64,000 nucleotides of DNA, taken from sequence record NC_031010.1. One strand, written 5' to 3'. This document shows, piece by piece, positions 19,126-29,500 of this stretch (position 1 is its first letter; the number at the start of each line of letters is the position of its first letter). Under the pieces are notes generated by a model. It was not told the origin of the DNA. It did no database searches and saw only the letters and a program-made list of their open reading frames with translations. The translations under genes were made by a program, and so were the position numbers.

Positions 19126-19527
19126 ATGAACAAGATCGAATTCAAAGACGGCGAAGGTGCCTTTATTAACGGCGTATTGATTCCGAACTCCCACAACGGG
19201 CATTGGAAAGACGCAGCATTTGCTCTGGCCACCGGTTTCAACATGACCATCACCAACGAGCTGTCTCTGAACAATTCGCTGGATGCCATCACCAAGGGCG
19301 GTTGTTTTCGTATCAACGCAGAAGCGGCGGGTGCGCTGTTACAGAACGCGGACTTCACCAGCGGCATGTACGCCTACCGTCAGTTGGGTATTCTGCGTAC
19401 CCTGTCTGGTAAGCACATCGGGCAAGGGCATCCGCCATCCACTTTCAAGCCGAACTCCATTGTGCTGGTCAGCTACTTCAGTGACCGCGAAGAGATGTTG
19501 GGCTTCAATGTTATCTGGGGTATCTGA
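19126..19527 (+). CDS. Hypothetical protein
   Basis: 133-aa ORF heading the thyA operon; phage-like codon usage. Confidence 0.65.
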   Translation: MNKIEFKDGEGAFINGVLIPNSHNGHWKDAAFALATGFNMTITNELSLNNSLDAITKGGCFRINAEAAGALLQNADFTSGMYAYRQLGILRTLSGKHIGQGHPPSTFKPNSIVLVSYFSDREEMLGFNVIWGI

Positions 19528-20102
19528 TGACTGACTTTAATCCCGTAGCCGTTGTTCGCCAAGTCGAACAGTGGAACGACCGTGCCTTGGTTTACCAGTT
19601 CGGTAACATCCGTCAACAAATCACCAAATACTACCGCATGCTGGGCATGGTTGCGGAAGGTGTGCAGAAGATGGACAGTCTGTTGGTCTCAGCGGGCGTA
19701 GGACAGGCTGTAACGACGTTAATCGGTGTCCTCGGGTTCTACTCCCGTAAAACGGACATCCCCGTAGAAGCCGTTACAGAGGTCGTGCTGCACTCTGCCC
19801 TGAATAACATTCCGCCTGGCATGAAATACGGCAACGACTATAACACGATTCTGTTTGAGCACAACAAGGCTATCACCCAGCTGTTCGATGCTCTGCTGGC
19901 CAACGAGCAGGAGAAGCAGCGTCAGGACATCGTGTTCTACTCCAAGCTTGCAGAGGCACTGGCGTTGTTGCTGTCGATTGCCACGGCCAAAGATATCGTC
20001 GTCACCCGCAGTATTCTGAATGCGGTGAATAAACTCGAAGCGACTGAGGGCGTGATGAACGAACTCGGTCAGTTTGTCAAAACAGTGACAGGAAACAAAT
20101 AA
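19527..20102 (+). CDS. MazG-like protein lacking the catalytic acidic residues (paralog of the MazG domain in 21996-23378)
   Basis: Ungapped alignment to the neighbouring MazG domain, with EExGE replaced by RMLGM and DGVGD by AGVGQ. Confidence 0.6.
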   Translation: MTDFNPVAVVRQVEQWNDRALVYQFGNIRQQITKYYRMLGMVAEGVQKMDSLLVSAGVGQAVTTLIGVLGFYSRKTDIPVEAVTEVVLHSALNNIPPGMKYGNDYNTILFEHNKAITQLFDALLANEQEKQRQDIVFYSKLAEALALLLSIATAKDIVVTRSILNAVNKLEATEGVMNELGQFVKTVTGNK

Positions 20103-21220
20103 TGCGCCAGTATCTCCAACTGATGGAATCCGTCCTCTCATTCGGTCATGAAAAGAAAGACCGTACCGGCACCGGCACGCGCTCCTTGTTCGGGGCCCAG
20201 ATGCGGTTTGACCTGACCGAAGGCTTCCCACTGGTGACCACGAAAAAGGTTCACCTCCGTTCTATCATTCACGAGCTGCTGTGGTTCCTGAAAGGGGACA
20301 CCAACATCAGTTACCTGAACGATAACGGGGTCACTATCTGGGACGAATGGGCGCGGGATGAAACTCGTTCGGTTCCGTGCGTGTACACGGTGGAAGAACG
20401 TGCAGCCATTCTGCGCCAGCGCAGTAGCATCGATGGGAAAACCACCGATTGGTACAACGAATGGGAAGCGGCGTTGTTGGAAGGCGATGACGAAGAAGAG
20501 AAGATGGTGGTGCTCGATTCGCAGAATGTTCCGCGTGAAGGTTTCCGTGACGTCACCACCTCTGGCGAACTCGGCCCAGTATACGGAAAACAGTGGCGGG
20601 ATTGGGTTGGTGCAGATGGTCGGCATCATGACCAAATCACCAAAGTCATCGACCAGCTGCGTAACGATCCGGATAACCGCCGCATTATTGTCAGCGCATG
20701 GAATGTCGGTGAGTTGGACCAGATGGCGTTAGCACCGTGTCATTCTTTCTTCCAGTTCTATACGCGCGAGCTGACGCTGTACGAGCGTGCTCTTGCTGCA
20801 AAAGAGAAAGGCACCGAAGACTACTACCTGAATCTCAATGAGAAACATCAGGAGCAGCTGCATTACGAGTTCGATGAATTGGCTGTTCCTCGTCGCGGTC
20901 TATCGTGTCAGTTGTATCAGCGCAGCGCCGATGTCTTCTTAGGCGTGCCGTTTAACATCGCCTCGTATGCTTTACTGACTGAGATGGTTGCTCAGCAGGT
21001 CAACATGGTGGCCGAGGAGTTCGTCTGGACAGGCGGTGATACACATCTGTATTCCAACCATCTGGAGCAGGCCCGTCTGCAGTTAACTCGTGACCCGCAC
21101 CCATTACCGCGTCTGAAATTCAAACGTAAGCCCGAGTCTATCTTCGACTACCAGTTCGAAGACTTTGAAATCGAAGGCTACGTTTCCCACGACGCCATCA
21201 AAGCACCGGTTGCCATTTAA
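20102..21220 (+). CDS. thyA: Thymidylate synthase
   Basis: [25 protein letters not shown], catalytic [26 protein letters not shown]-terminal PVAI. Confidence 0.97.
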   Translation: MRQYLQLMESVLSFGHEKKDRTGTGTRSLFGAQMRFDLTEGFPLVTTKKVHLRSIIHELLWFLKGDTNISYLNDNGVTIWDEWARDETRSVPCVYTVEERAAILRQRSSIDGKTTDWYNEWEAALLEGDDEEEKMVVLDSQNVPREGFRDVTTSGELGPVYGKQWRDWVGADGRHHDQITKVIDQLRNDPDNRRIIVSAWNVGELDQMALAPCHSFFQFYTRELTLYERALAAKEKGTEDYYLNLNEKHQEQLHYEFDELAVPRRGLSCQLYQRSADVFLGVPFNIASYALLTEMVAQQVNMVAEEFVWTGGDTHLYSNHLEQARLQLTRDPHPLPRLKFKRKPESIFDYQFEDFEIEGYVSHDAIKAPVAI

Positions 21221-21276
21221 AAACGTGATTCCGCAGTTCTATGCTGAAACACACAACTGAAAAGAAGGAAAGCGAG

Positions 21277-21468
21277 ATGTCCCAGAAAGAAAGCTCCATG
21301 CAGTCTACCATCAACCAGCACAACCAGATGGTTGCGGATGACGCCGACGACAGTTTCGACCTGCCGGGTCTGGACGACGCCGAAGCGCGTGTGGCTGAGA
21401 AGCGCGATGCCGAAGAAAATCAGGAAGACATTTCTGATGAAGCGGATTGCGAAGGCTGCAAAATCTAA
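21277..21468 (+). CDS. Small acidic protein with a C-terminal CxxC (ADCEGCKI)
   Basis: AAGGA RBS; very Asp/Glu-rich; followed by a terminator. Confidence 0.6.
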   Translation: MSQKESSMQSTINQHNQMVADDADDSFDLPGLDDAEARVAEKRDAEENQEDISDEADCEGCKI

Positions 21469-21471
21469 GTA

Positions 21472-21508
21472 GTACCTGCCCCGCCACGTGCGGGGTATTC
21501 TTTTATTA
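21472..21508 (+). terminator. Intrinsic terminator
   Basis: TACC..CCCGC-CACGT-GCGGGGTA hairpin plus T-tract. Confidence 0.65.
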
Positions 21509-21523
21509 ACCCAAGGAACTAAG

Positions 21524-21982
21524 ATGTCTACGACTCGAATCAATTACGATTTAGTAGTGCAAGAACTTACCCGGAACATGTACCCATTAGATCACACCGT
21601 TGTACACGCTTGCAACATGTCTCTTGCGCAGCGTCTGCTCGCTTTTCGCACCGTGCGTTTCGGCGCAGGACGCCAGCAAGGTATCACGGAGTGGTTGGCA
21701 GAAGATTTCGTTCGTAATGAAGGGCACTCTCTGGTACTCCAAACGAGTAACGAACTGCGGGCCGATTTACGTTACCGTATCCTCGCGAAATCTAATGAGG
21801 CAAAGGTCGATTCCGGGATGTTCCTTGCGAGGGATATTCCTGACTATGTCAAACACTTGAAGTTTAACCGTGTGTATATCGACGACGCGGGCCATTACTT
21901 CAACCTGTTCAAATTGAGCAAGGTGTACGAACATCTTGCAACCTGTACAACCGACGACGTTATCATCTATCATCTTAATTAA
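21524..21982 (+). CDS. Small degenerate P-loop NTPase-like protein
   Basis: TVRFGAGRQQGIT (terminase-type Walker A-like) and RVYIDDA (Walker B-like). Confidence 0.45.
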   Translation: MSTTRINYDLVVQELTRNMYPLDHTVVHACNMSLAQRLLAFRTVRFGAGRQQGITEWLAEDFVRNEGHSLVLQTSNELRADLRYRILAKSNEAKVDSGMFLARDIPDYVKHLKFNRVYIDDAGHYFNLFKLSKVYEHLATCTTDDVIIYHLN

Positions 21983-21995
21983 GGGCTGACTTCAA

Positions 21996-23378
21996 ATGGG
22001 CGAGCAATTTACTATCCAAGTGCCATACGTTGCACTGTTCAATCCGAACAACTTCCTGATGGAAGTCAACGATGCGCTGAAGGTGCTGAAGGAGGAAGGG
22101 CGTGCGAACATCCTGTTCCGCACTATCCGTTCACTCGACCGCAATGTCGAAACCGGCACATGGTACATCGAAGGTGACTTGGCACCGGAAGAGGGCGACG
22201 TCGAAGAAGATCCGGAGATGCAGTTTAACCGCATGCGTGACCTCGATAACCACGACTGCGAACTGAACCTGCCGCTGCTGCACGTTCTGCTGGCCGCACC
22301 GTTGTACGATGCACAGAAAAACATCGTGACCCATCCGCGTTATATCCGCCTGTTCCAAATTCCTGAGCTGATTCAGAAAATCAAAGGCTGGTCACAAGCG
22401 CGCGGCATTCTGGACAACGGCATCTGGTACACCCAAGCCACCAAGATGTACGAAGAAGACGGTGAGATTGCCCCGGGTGTGGCCAAGTCCAAACGTAACA
22501 TGGTTATCGACGGCGTCGGTGACATGATCGTGGTAATGGTTAACCTGCTGGAGCTGACGAACTTTAATTCCGAGGCCATTACGGCGATGGTTGCTTCTGT
22601 CCGTAAAGAAGCACCGCCTATGGGTAATGCACACTACCTGTATCACAAGCTGCGTATGTCGAACACGCTGTCCGTCGACTACATGTGGGAAGTCGCTGGC
22701 GTGGATTCGCCGAAGCAGTTGACCCGTACGATGTTTGATGAAACACAAATCAAATACGCTATCGGTCATCTGGGCGACTGTTTGATCTTTGCCAATGCGC
22801 TGGCTAATGCGTACGAGTTCACGCTGGAGCAAGCCCTGTCCATGGCGTGGGATGAAATCAAAGACCGCACCGGTTTTCTGAACGCAGACGGTGTGTTTGT
22901 GAAGGAGTCTGATATGTCTGAAAACGATCGTATCCAACGTGCCCTGAAAGACACCGAAAAAGCCGGTAACTTTGACGGTGATAATAGCCCTGCGCGCAAA
23001 CTGGAAGTTGACCTTTCAGGCGAACACGCAACCACGACCGCCCGTGGAATGACCTCAGCCTTCACGGCGGTTGATGAACTGGGAACTGTCGAGCCACCAA
23101 CCAAAGAGATCTCTTACTTCCCGGTTGTGCCGACTACTGAACAACTGAGCGCAGCGACCGATGCTATTCATGCAACACTCGGCGGTGACTCAGTACAGTT
23201 TGTCCGTGTAGGCACCTACTACGGTGGTGACACGTTCTACCCTCGTCCGCACATCCTGTTTGAATTCACACTCGACGGTCGTCCGGGAACGCGCCATCAG
23301 CAGGTTGAAGAAGGCGAGTATTGGGAATTTGCTGACGATGCGGCGTCTTACATCGTGCGTGAGCCTATCAGCGACTAA
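21996..23378 (+). CDS. Multidomain protein with a central MazG-like NTP pyrophosphohydrolase domain
   Basis: W...RG, TKMYEEDGEIA, VIDGVGD and AWDEIKDRTG.L..DGVFVKE motifs. Confidence 0.8.
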   Translation: MGEQFTIQVPYVALFNPNNFLMEVNDALKVLKEEGRANILFRTIRSLDRNVETGTWYIEGDLAPEEGDVEEDPEMQFNRMRDLDNHDCELNLPLLHVLLAAPLYDAQKNIVTHPRYIRLFQIPELIQKIKGWSQARGILDNGIWYTQATKMYEEDGEIAPGVAKSKRNMVIDGVGDMIVVMVNLLELTNFNSEAITAMVASVRKEAPPMGNAHYLYHKLRMSNTLSVDYMWEVAGVDSPKQLTRTMFDETQIKYAIGHLGDCLIFANALANAYEFTLEQALSMAWDEIKDRTGFLNADGVFVKESDMSENDRIQRALKDTEKAGNFDGDNSPARKLEVDLSGEHATTTARGMTSAFTAVDELGTVEPPTKEISYFPVVPTTEQLSAATDAIHATLGGDSVQFVRVGTYYGGDTFYPRPHILFEFTLDGRPGTRHQQVEEGEYWEFADDAASYIVREPISD

Positions 23379-23386
23379 GGACAGTC

Positions 23387-23884
23387 ATGAACCGTATCGA
23401 AGTGATTGATGTCATCCCCGATGACAATGAAATCGAAATCAACGGTAAGGTGATTGGCTCAGTGAACGACCGCCACGCGATGTTGTGGCGGTACTTCTCG
23501 AATGCCGAACACATCTTCATTATCGAGGATGTGAGCCTGACGTTTGATGAAACACCGACCGAGCAGATTACCATTCCGCTTGAAGAATCGATGCTGCGTA
23601 AACTCATTGCGTGTGCGGACTACCGTAACGAAGACAATGACCCGAACAGTTTGTGGGATGAAATTGACCCCTCACTGCCAAAGGAAATTGGTCTGCGGGC
23701 GGTCGAAACCATTAAGCTCGATTCCATGTGGTTGGACTGCAACAGCAAGATTCCGGTGTGTACGCCCATTCTGGTTATCCACGTCGACCGTGACGAAGTA
23801 GACATGCCGGTGCTTTGCATCAGCTACCTGATTCTACGCCACCCTGACGATCGTGAAATAGGAGACAACATTGACCGAACTTAA
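23387..23884 (+). CDS. Hypothetical acidic protein
   Basis: AAGGA RBS; 165 aa. Confidence 0.65.
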   Translation: MNRIEVIDVIPDDNEIEINGKVIGSVNDRHAMLWRYFSNAEHIFIIEDVSLTFDETPTEQITIPLEESMLRKLIACADYRNEDNDPNSLWDEIDPSLPKEIGLRAVETIKLDSMWLDCNSKIPVCTPILVIHVDRDEVDMPVLCISYLILRHPDDREIGDNIDRT

Positions 23885-24281
23885 TCGCATCCATCGGGAT
23901 GAAAACAGTAACGTCTTCATCAACAACAAGCCTGTGCCGTTCAATCTCGGTATTGCGGATTGGGTGTGGGATATGTTTGTGCCGAAGGCGAAGAACGGGT
24001 TTGAGATTGTGTTTGTTGACCAGCCCCATGCGGTCGGTCCGTGGGCACGTATCGGCAATCCTCGCTTCTTTGAAATTGATGAGCAGCAGGCCGGTTTCTT
24101 ACTGCGCGAATGTCAGTTCCGGGGTCACTGCACTGACGGTAAAAATGCGCTGGCGGTGTCACAAGAGCTGGGCATGGAAATCCCCTACCTGAACGTGCCT
24201 GTGAAGGAAGCGGACCACAACGCCATGATTGTCTGGTACAGCAGCGGTGCATGGCAAATCGTGACCTGTGACCAACCCTAA
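23871..24281 (+). CDS. Hypothetical protein
   Basis: AGGAG RBS before a TTG start; ends at a terminator. Confidence 0.6.
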   Translation: MTELNRIHRDENSNVFINNKPVPFNLGIADWVWDMFVPKAKNGFEIVFVDQPHAVGPWARIGNPRFFEIDEQQAGFLLRECQFRGHCTDGKNALAVSQELGMEIPYLNVPVKEADHNAMIVWYSSGAWQIVTCDQP

Positions 24282-24283
24282 AC

Positions 24284-24331
24284 AAATAAAAGTAACCCAC
24301 TCCCGTAAAGGAGTGGGTACTTCTTTTTTTG
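24284..24331. terminator. Bidirectional terminator (conserved family, copy 2)
   Basis: AAATAAAAGTA-ACCCACTCC-cgtaaa-GGAGTGGGT-ACTTCTTTTTTT between convergent genes. Confidence 0.8.
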
Positions 24332-26530
24332 CTATCGTGCCGGAGTTGAGAAGATGTTCGCCAAGACACGCGCCGGCGGCAAGTCAAACACCGAGTTCAC
24401 CACCGAGCCTACCGAGAAGGCAGACTTCCACGACTGTTTCCAGTTCAGGGCGTTCATGATGGTACGGTCAATACCGTTGGTACGTTGGTGCAGCGTTGCA
24501 CCCCCCAACACCGCCATGAATTCCGTGAACTTGTTATCGTCATCCCAAACTGACTGGTCAGTGACAATCGGCATGTACATCACACGCGACATGTCACGGA
24601 TGGTGACGGAGATGTCACACGACAACGGACAGCCGTCCACACGCCAACCCAAACCACCGACACCGAAGTTCATGCTGACCGAGGTCACAATCCCATTACG
24701 GATGGAGTGACGACCACGTGAATACGCCTCCACGTAGAACGGGTGCGTGAACGACTGCTTACCGGTGGCAATCGGACAGGCTGCAGCAATCCAGAACGAC
24801 AACGGGACGATAAGGTCTTGGAATACATCCAAGTCATTACCTGACCAGCAACGCAGGGGAATTGTCAGCGTGACATCATCACCGTCGGTTGAGGAGCTGT
24901 CCCACACTTCAGGAAAGTCAATCACCGAGGAGTTATACAGCGACATAATCCCCGAGAGGTGCAGGAAGTCCAACGCGCCGGTAAAGGCAGACTTCAGACC
25001 CGTGATAAGACCGTCCACCGCATCAAAGCCTGTCTTACCACCCGAGAGGTTCACCTCAAGGCTACGGGCTTTCTGCGTGGCGGAGTTCACGGTACCGGAG
25101 ATTTCAGGTTCTTTGGTGCTGTTGGAGAAGTTACGGCTCACCGTATCTCGCCCATCAATCTTCCACGTCACCCACTGGGAGCCGTTCTTGAATTCTGCCT
25201 CTGCCTGTGTGGCAATCGAATTCGTAAAGCGGCCCACCGTCCCTTCCGCTTCTTTGGCGTAGTCCCCGAAGAGATCACCCCACGTCTGCTTCTGACCACC
25301 GTCCATCCAGTTCTGAATCTGCTCTTGGTTCGGCTGGTCACCTTCCCCGCCCTGAGCTTGACTCGCCATCTGGTTCTGCAACGCCTGACGTTCGGTGTTG
25401 GTTGCGTTGTCGTACGCATCCGCCGTGCCACCACCTTGGTCAGCCTGTGAGTACACGCTTCCCACGCTCTGCAGTACCGCATCTTCCTGATTGTCAACGT
25501 TGGTAAAGCCTGCGTAGTAACCCGGTGATTTGGCAAACGCCGCTTCCATCGCCGCCAGTGAGATTTCCATTCCCGCCATGGCTTTGCTGTTGGGGTCAAT
25601 CGAATTGGTGAACAGGGCTTCTTTATAAAACGCCTGTACACGACTCGCTTGGTCTTCCGGTGACGTCGCCTCTTTGGCAATCTTGTCAAGCGTGTCAGCC
25701 TGATAGTTCGCCAGCACCTGATAACGGTTAATCATCTTGTAGATATCAAACTCGCCGTTAGCTTTCCAGATGTCAGGGAGGGCAGAATACAAATCGGCTT
25801 TCGACTTGTAATACTTGTTCGCCGGATCGTTCACATCCCCTGACCCTTTTCCGCCAAAGAAACCGAGGATATTCGTCGGCACCAGTTTGCGGTAAATCAG
25901 CTGGGTGTTTACGATGTTCTGCACCGCGCGCAAGTACAGGTGCATTGTCGGCTTCACGTAGTAGTAACGCGAGGCCTGTTTGTTCAGGGCTGCTTTCAAC
26001 ACGCGTGGGATAATCAGTAACGCACCAAACGCCACGGTACCCAGTGTGGCCCAGATGGCAGCTGCGGTTACCCATGTCCCCAATGTCCGCACCATACCCG
26101 GATAGTCACCCGTACGGGCGAGGTAGGCGAGGTTGGAGTCGTACATGTTTGCGAAGAAGGCCGCAACCCCTAAGTATTTCGGTTTGCCAAAACGGCAGTG
26201 GATATAGAAACTGTTTTGCTCAATCGCCTCGGAGTAGAACGCACCGTTGCGATACGATCCTTGTTGTTCTTGGCTGTCATGCCACTTACGAAATGAAGCA
26301 CGGGTCTCATCGTAGGGCTGCGCGAAGACACCACCGACAGGCGGATCGGCAAACAGGGTAAAACCCGGTGGGGTGTTAATCGCCTGCCCACCACCCACGG
26401 TGGTATCGGCAAACGACAGTCGAGCGTCGCTGTACACACGCAGGTTTGTGAAACGCGTGTCGCGTTGGGTTATCGCACCGCCGAACAGGGCCGTGACCCA
26501 ACCGGAGTCGGTAATCGTTCTCGCATCCAC
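24332..26530 (-). CDS. Virion tail/baseplate protein (phiKZ gp182 / SPN3US gp238-like)
   Basis: 732 aa, immediately downstream of the tape measure gene on the - strand; synteny from memory. Confidence 0.6.
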   Translation of the reverse strand: MDARTITDSGWVTALFGGAITQRDTRFTNLRVYSDARLSFADTTVGGGQAINTPPGFTLFADPPVGGVFAQPYDETRASFRKWHDSQEQQGSYRNGAFYSEAIEQNSFYIHCRFGKPKYLGVAAFFANMYDSNLAYLARTGDYPGMVRTLGTWVTAAAIWATLGTVAFGALLIIPRVLKAALNKQASRYYYVKPTMHLYLRAVQNIVNTQLIYRKLVPTNILGFFGGKGSGDVNDPANKYYKSKADLYSALPDIWKANGEFDIYKMINRYQVLANYQADTLDKIAKEATSPEDQASRVQAFYKEALFTNSIDPNSKAMAGMEISLAAMEAAFAKSPGYYAGFTNVDNQEDAVLQSVGSVYSQADQGGGTADAYDNATNTERQALQNQMASQAQGGEGDQPNQEQIQNWMDGGQKQTWGDLFGDYAKEAEGTVGRFTNSIATQAEAEFKNGSQWVTWKIDGRDTVSRNFSNSTKEPEISGTVNSATQKARSLEVNLSGGKTGFDAVDGLITGLKSAFTGALDFLHLSGIMSLYNSSVIDFPEVWDSSSTDGDDVTLTIPLRCWSGNDLDVFQDLIVPLSFWIAAACPIATGKQSFTHPFYVEAYSRGRHSIRNGIVTSVSMNFGVGGLGWRVDGCPLSCDISVTIRDMSRVMYMPIVTDQSVWDDDNKFTEFMAVLGGATLHQRTNGIDRTIMNALNWKQSWKSAFSVGSVVNSVFDLPPARVLANIFSTPAR

Positions 26531-26579
26531 AGTGGACCTCTCTTGAAAGAAATGGGGGCAGTTGCCCGCCCCCGTTTAA

Positions 26580-29500
26580 CTACGACGCTTTCCGGTTCAG
26601 GTTAAGCGTTGGTGCCGGTGCTGTGGTTTGTGTCTTACGACTGGCAGCGCCGGGCGCAGTTGCAGCTTGAGCCGCAGGTGGTGCCCCGTTGAGCGTCCCG
26701 CCTTTCTGGAGGTATTCCCAAATCTTCGAGAGGTAGTCGCGACTCTGCCCCTCGATGTCAATGAGTTCATCCATACGGCTCACCGTGACCATATCACCTG
26801 CCGAGACAGGCATGTCGTTAGCGGCTTTACGCGGTTTGGCCTGTGCCGTTGCCTGATTGGCATAGCCCGCCCCGACCTTGGCTGCATCTGCTGGAGACAT
26901 TCCATCTGCCTCCGCGGCCGCTTGGATGTTATCGGCATCTTTAGCAATATCCGACGGCGAGTTCGCCGCTGACACGCCCGCAGGATTCGGTGCTGTCACA
27001 GACGCACTTTGCGTGGCCGCATCGTTCGCCGCCTGTGCACCTTTCTGCGCCAATGCCACATCCTTGCGCTGTGCTGTCTGGATTGCACCATCAGCATCGT
27101 TGGCTGCCGGAGCACCTGCTGCCCGTGCTGGGTCAGTCGGTGTCTGGCCCGACATGGCTTGCTTCGCCAAATCGGAGTTCGAGGTGGCAATGTTCGCAAC
27201 CTGTGAACCCATACGCCCGTTCAACTCTTGCATCACCTGTGCAAAGCTTCGAATACGTCCGCCGGAGGTGAAGACCGACATGTTGTTGCCTATCACGCCG
27301 CTACTGGAATAACGGATAGAGTTGGCCGGTGCATTCGGGTTGGCTTTGTAGGCTTTCATGAACTTGGCCGCATCGCCCGCACCCAAGAAGTGATACAGGT
27401 ACGCCACGCCCGGAGGGACTTGGCCGCCGTAATCGCTTTGGGCTTTGGAGATGTTGTTACGAATGAAGTTAATGCCGAGCAGGGTATTCGCGTACGGGTC
27501 GAGCTGGGTTGCCCCATTCGGAATCCCGAACTTGTTACCGTAGTTCTGCAATTCTCCAGGCGCATTGCCTTTCCCTGACCACGTGGATTTGATGAACTGA
27601 TACAGTCCACCGGCTCCCGAGTCTTTGTTCCATGCTTTATAGTTGAACTTGGATTCGGCGTACGCCATCCCCAATGCAACACCCGGTGGTACTCCGAGGC
27701 GTTGCGCCACATCCACAATCATGGCCTTCACGTTGGCGACGTTATTCAACGACGCGCGTGGATACTTCTCTGCCAACTCTTTGTAGTTGCCATCGCCCAT
27801 CTGTCCCAAGGAGATGTTGGTACTGCCGGTGGTCATCGCGGCATAGTTTCCAATCCCGCCGGCTGCAGCAATTTCACTGCTGCCATTCCAACCGCCACCA
27901 CCCCCGTCGTAACCGCTCCGACCGTTTAAGCCTGCGGCACGCAATGCCTCTGCTGAGCCCGGGGCGTACGAACTCACCCCGTTATCGCTCATGGCGTCAC
28001 CGCCGTAGAGGCCCTTGGTCAGCTCCTTCTGTTTCCACTGCGCACGGCCTTGCTTCTTCTCGTTTTCCCGCATCAGGTTTCGCACTGCCAAGTCCGCTTC
28101 TTTCGAAAGGACGTGCAGGGATTCCAGTTCTGCGTTAACCGAGGAGGCTACCGTGTTTGCATCGCCCCCGAACGGGTTGATGGCAATGTCCCACACAGAC
28201 TGACGAATGTCATTCTTCATGGAGTAGGCACGCGAAGTCATTAAACCGACTTCGTAGAGATACCCACCCGAGAGTTTCAAGTCCAGCGGATTGGCGGTAG
28301 GCTGATAGCGATACACACCCACCACGTACGTCATGAAGACCGGCAGGAAACGGTTGTAGAACCAGTATTTCAACCGGTCGGCTTTCTCGGAAGTGGAACC
28401 CCCCGGTACTAGCGCATCAATCGCTTCTTGCCATCTACCTTTATACGTGTTGTTCTTGACATCGATGCTCGGGTAGACCAGCCGCTCCATCAGTAACAGG
28501 GATTTCACCTGTGCCGGATTCAGGGTGGTTAAACCGTATGCCTTCATTCGGAGTGACTGCAAGGCATCGACGTCTTTTTGCTGGACCACAGAGTTGTAAT
28601 CGACCTGAACCGTAACCTGTTCGTTGCCATCCTCCCAACCTTCTTTCTTGATGGTGTGGTCACGGCGTTCTTGGTCAAGGGTAGCGAGTCGGTTAACTGA
28701 CTCTGCCACACCGGAGACTTTGGTGCCGTCGGCCGTTGGGGGTGCCAAGTGATTGCGCACTGCCGCTGACCCTTCTGCACGGAACTTAATGGATTTCTCC
28801 ACTTCGTTCTGCACATCCATCACATCGTCCGCACCCAGTAAATCCGGTGAGGTAAAGGTAATCGTATCCCATGCCTTCGAGAAGAAGCCTTGGTTCGTTT
28901 TACGGGGGTCTTCGATGGCTTTCAGGTATTGCGAGTCCTTGCTCAATTTGTTTTTGGCAAACAGCGTCTTCATGTCTTCTTTGCTGACTTTGGTCACATC
29001 ACCTAAGTCTTTCAAGGCCACATCGCTCTCAAGCTGACGCAGAGAACTCATCCACCGCAGGTACAGTGGAATAAAGCGCTGGAGCATAAACGCATGGAAG
29101 GAGACCAGTTCGGATTTCTCGTCCTTGTTCACCCCGAAGCCTGCTGCAAGTTTCTCCACATCGCTGGCAGAGAGGCCACGTAATGTTGCCGCCCCGTCGT
29201 TGTTGTAGGAGATGTAGCCTTTCAGCTGGTCTTCCAAGTATCTCGCCTTCGCGCCGTCATCACTGTTCCAGCTTTCGTAATCACGGAAGCCGTACTGAGC
29301 CAGACGCATACGGTCAAGGTATTTCGCCGGAACGTTGGTTGCGATTTTGTACGCCGCGTAGCCTACACCTGCTACCACGGCACCCACTGCAATCGCCGGC
29401 CAACCGATCGCGGTTACCAAGGCCGCTGCACCCGAGATAAGCGGTGCTGCAATGGCCCGGGCCACCCACGGCAGTGCACGGGTGGCTAACGCCCAACCGC

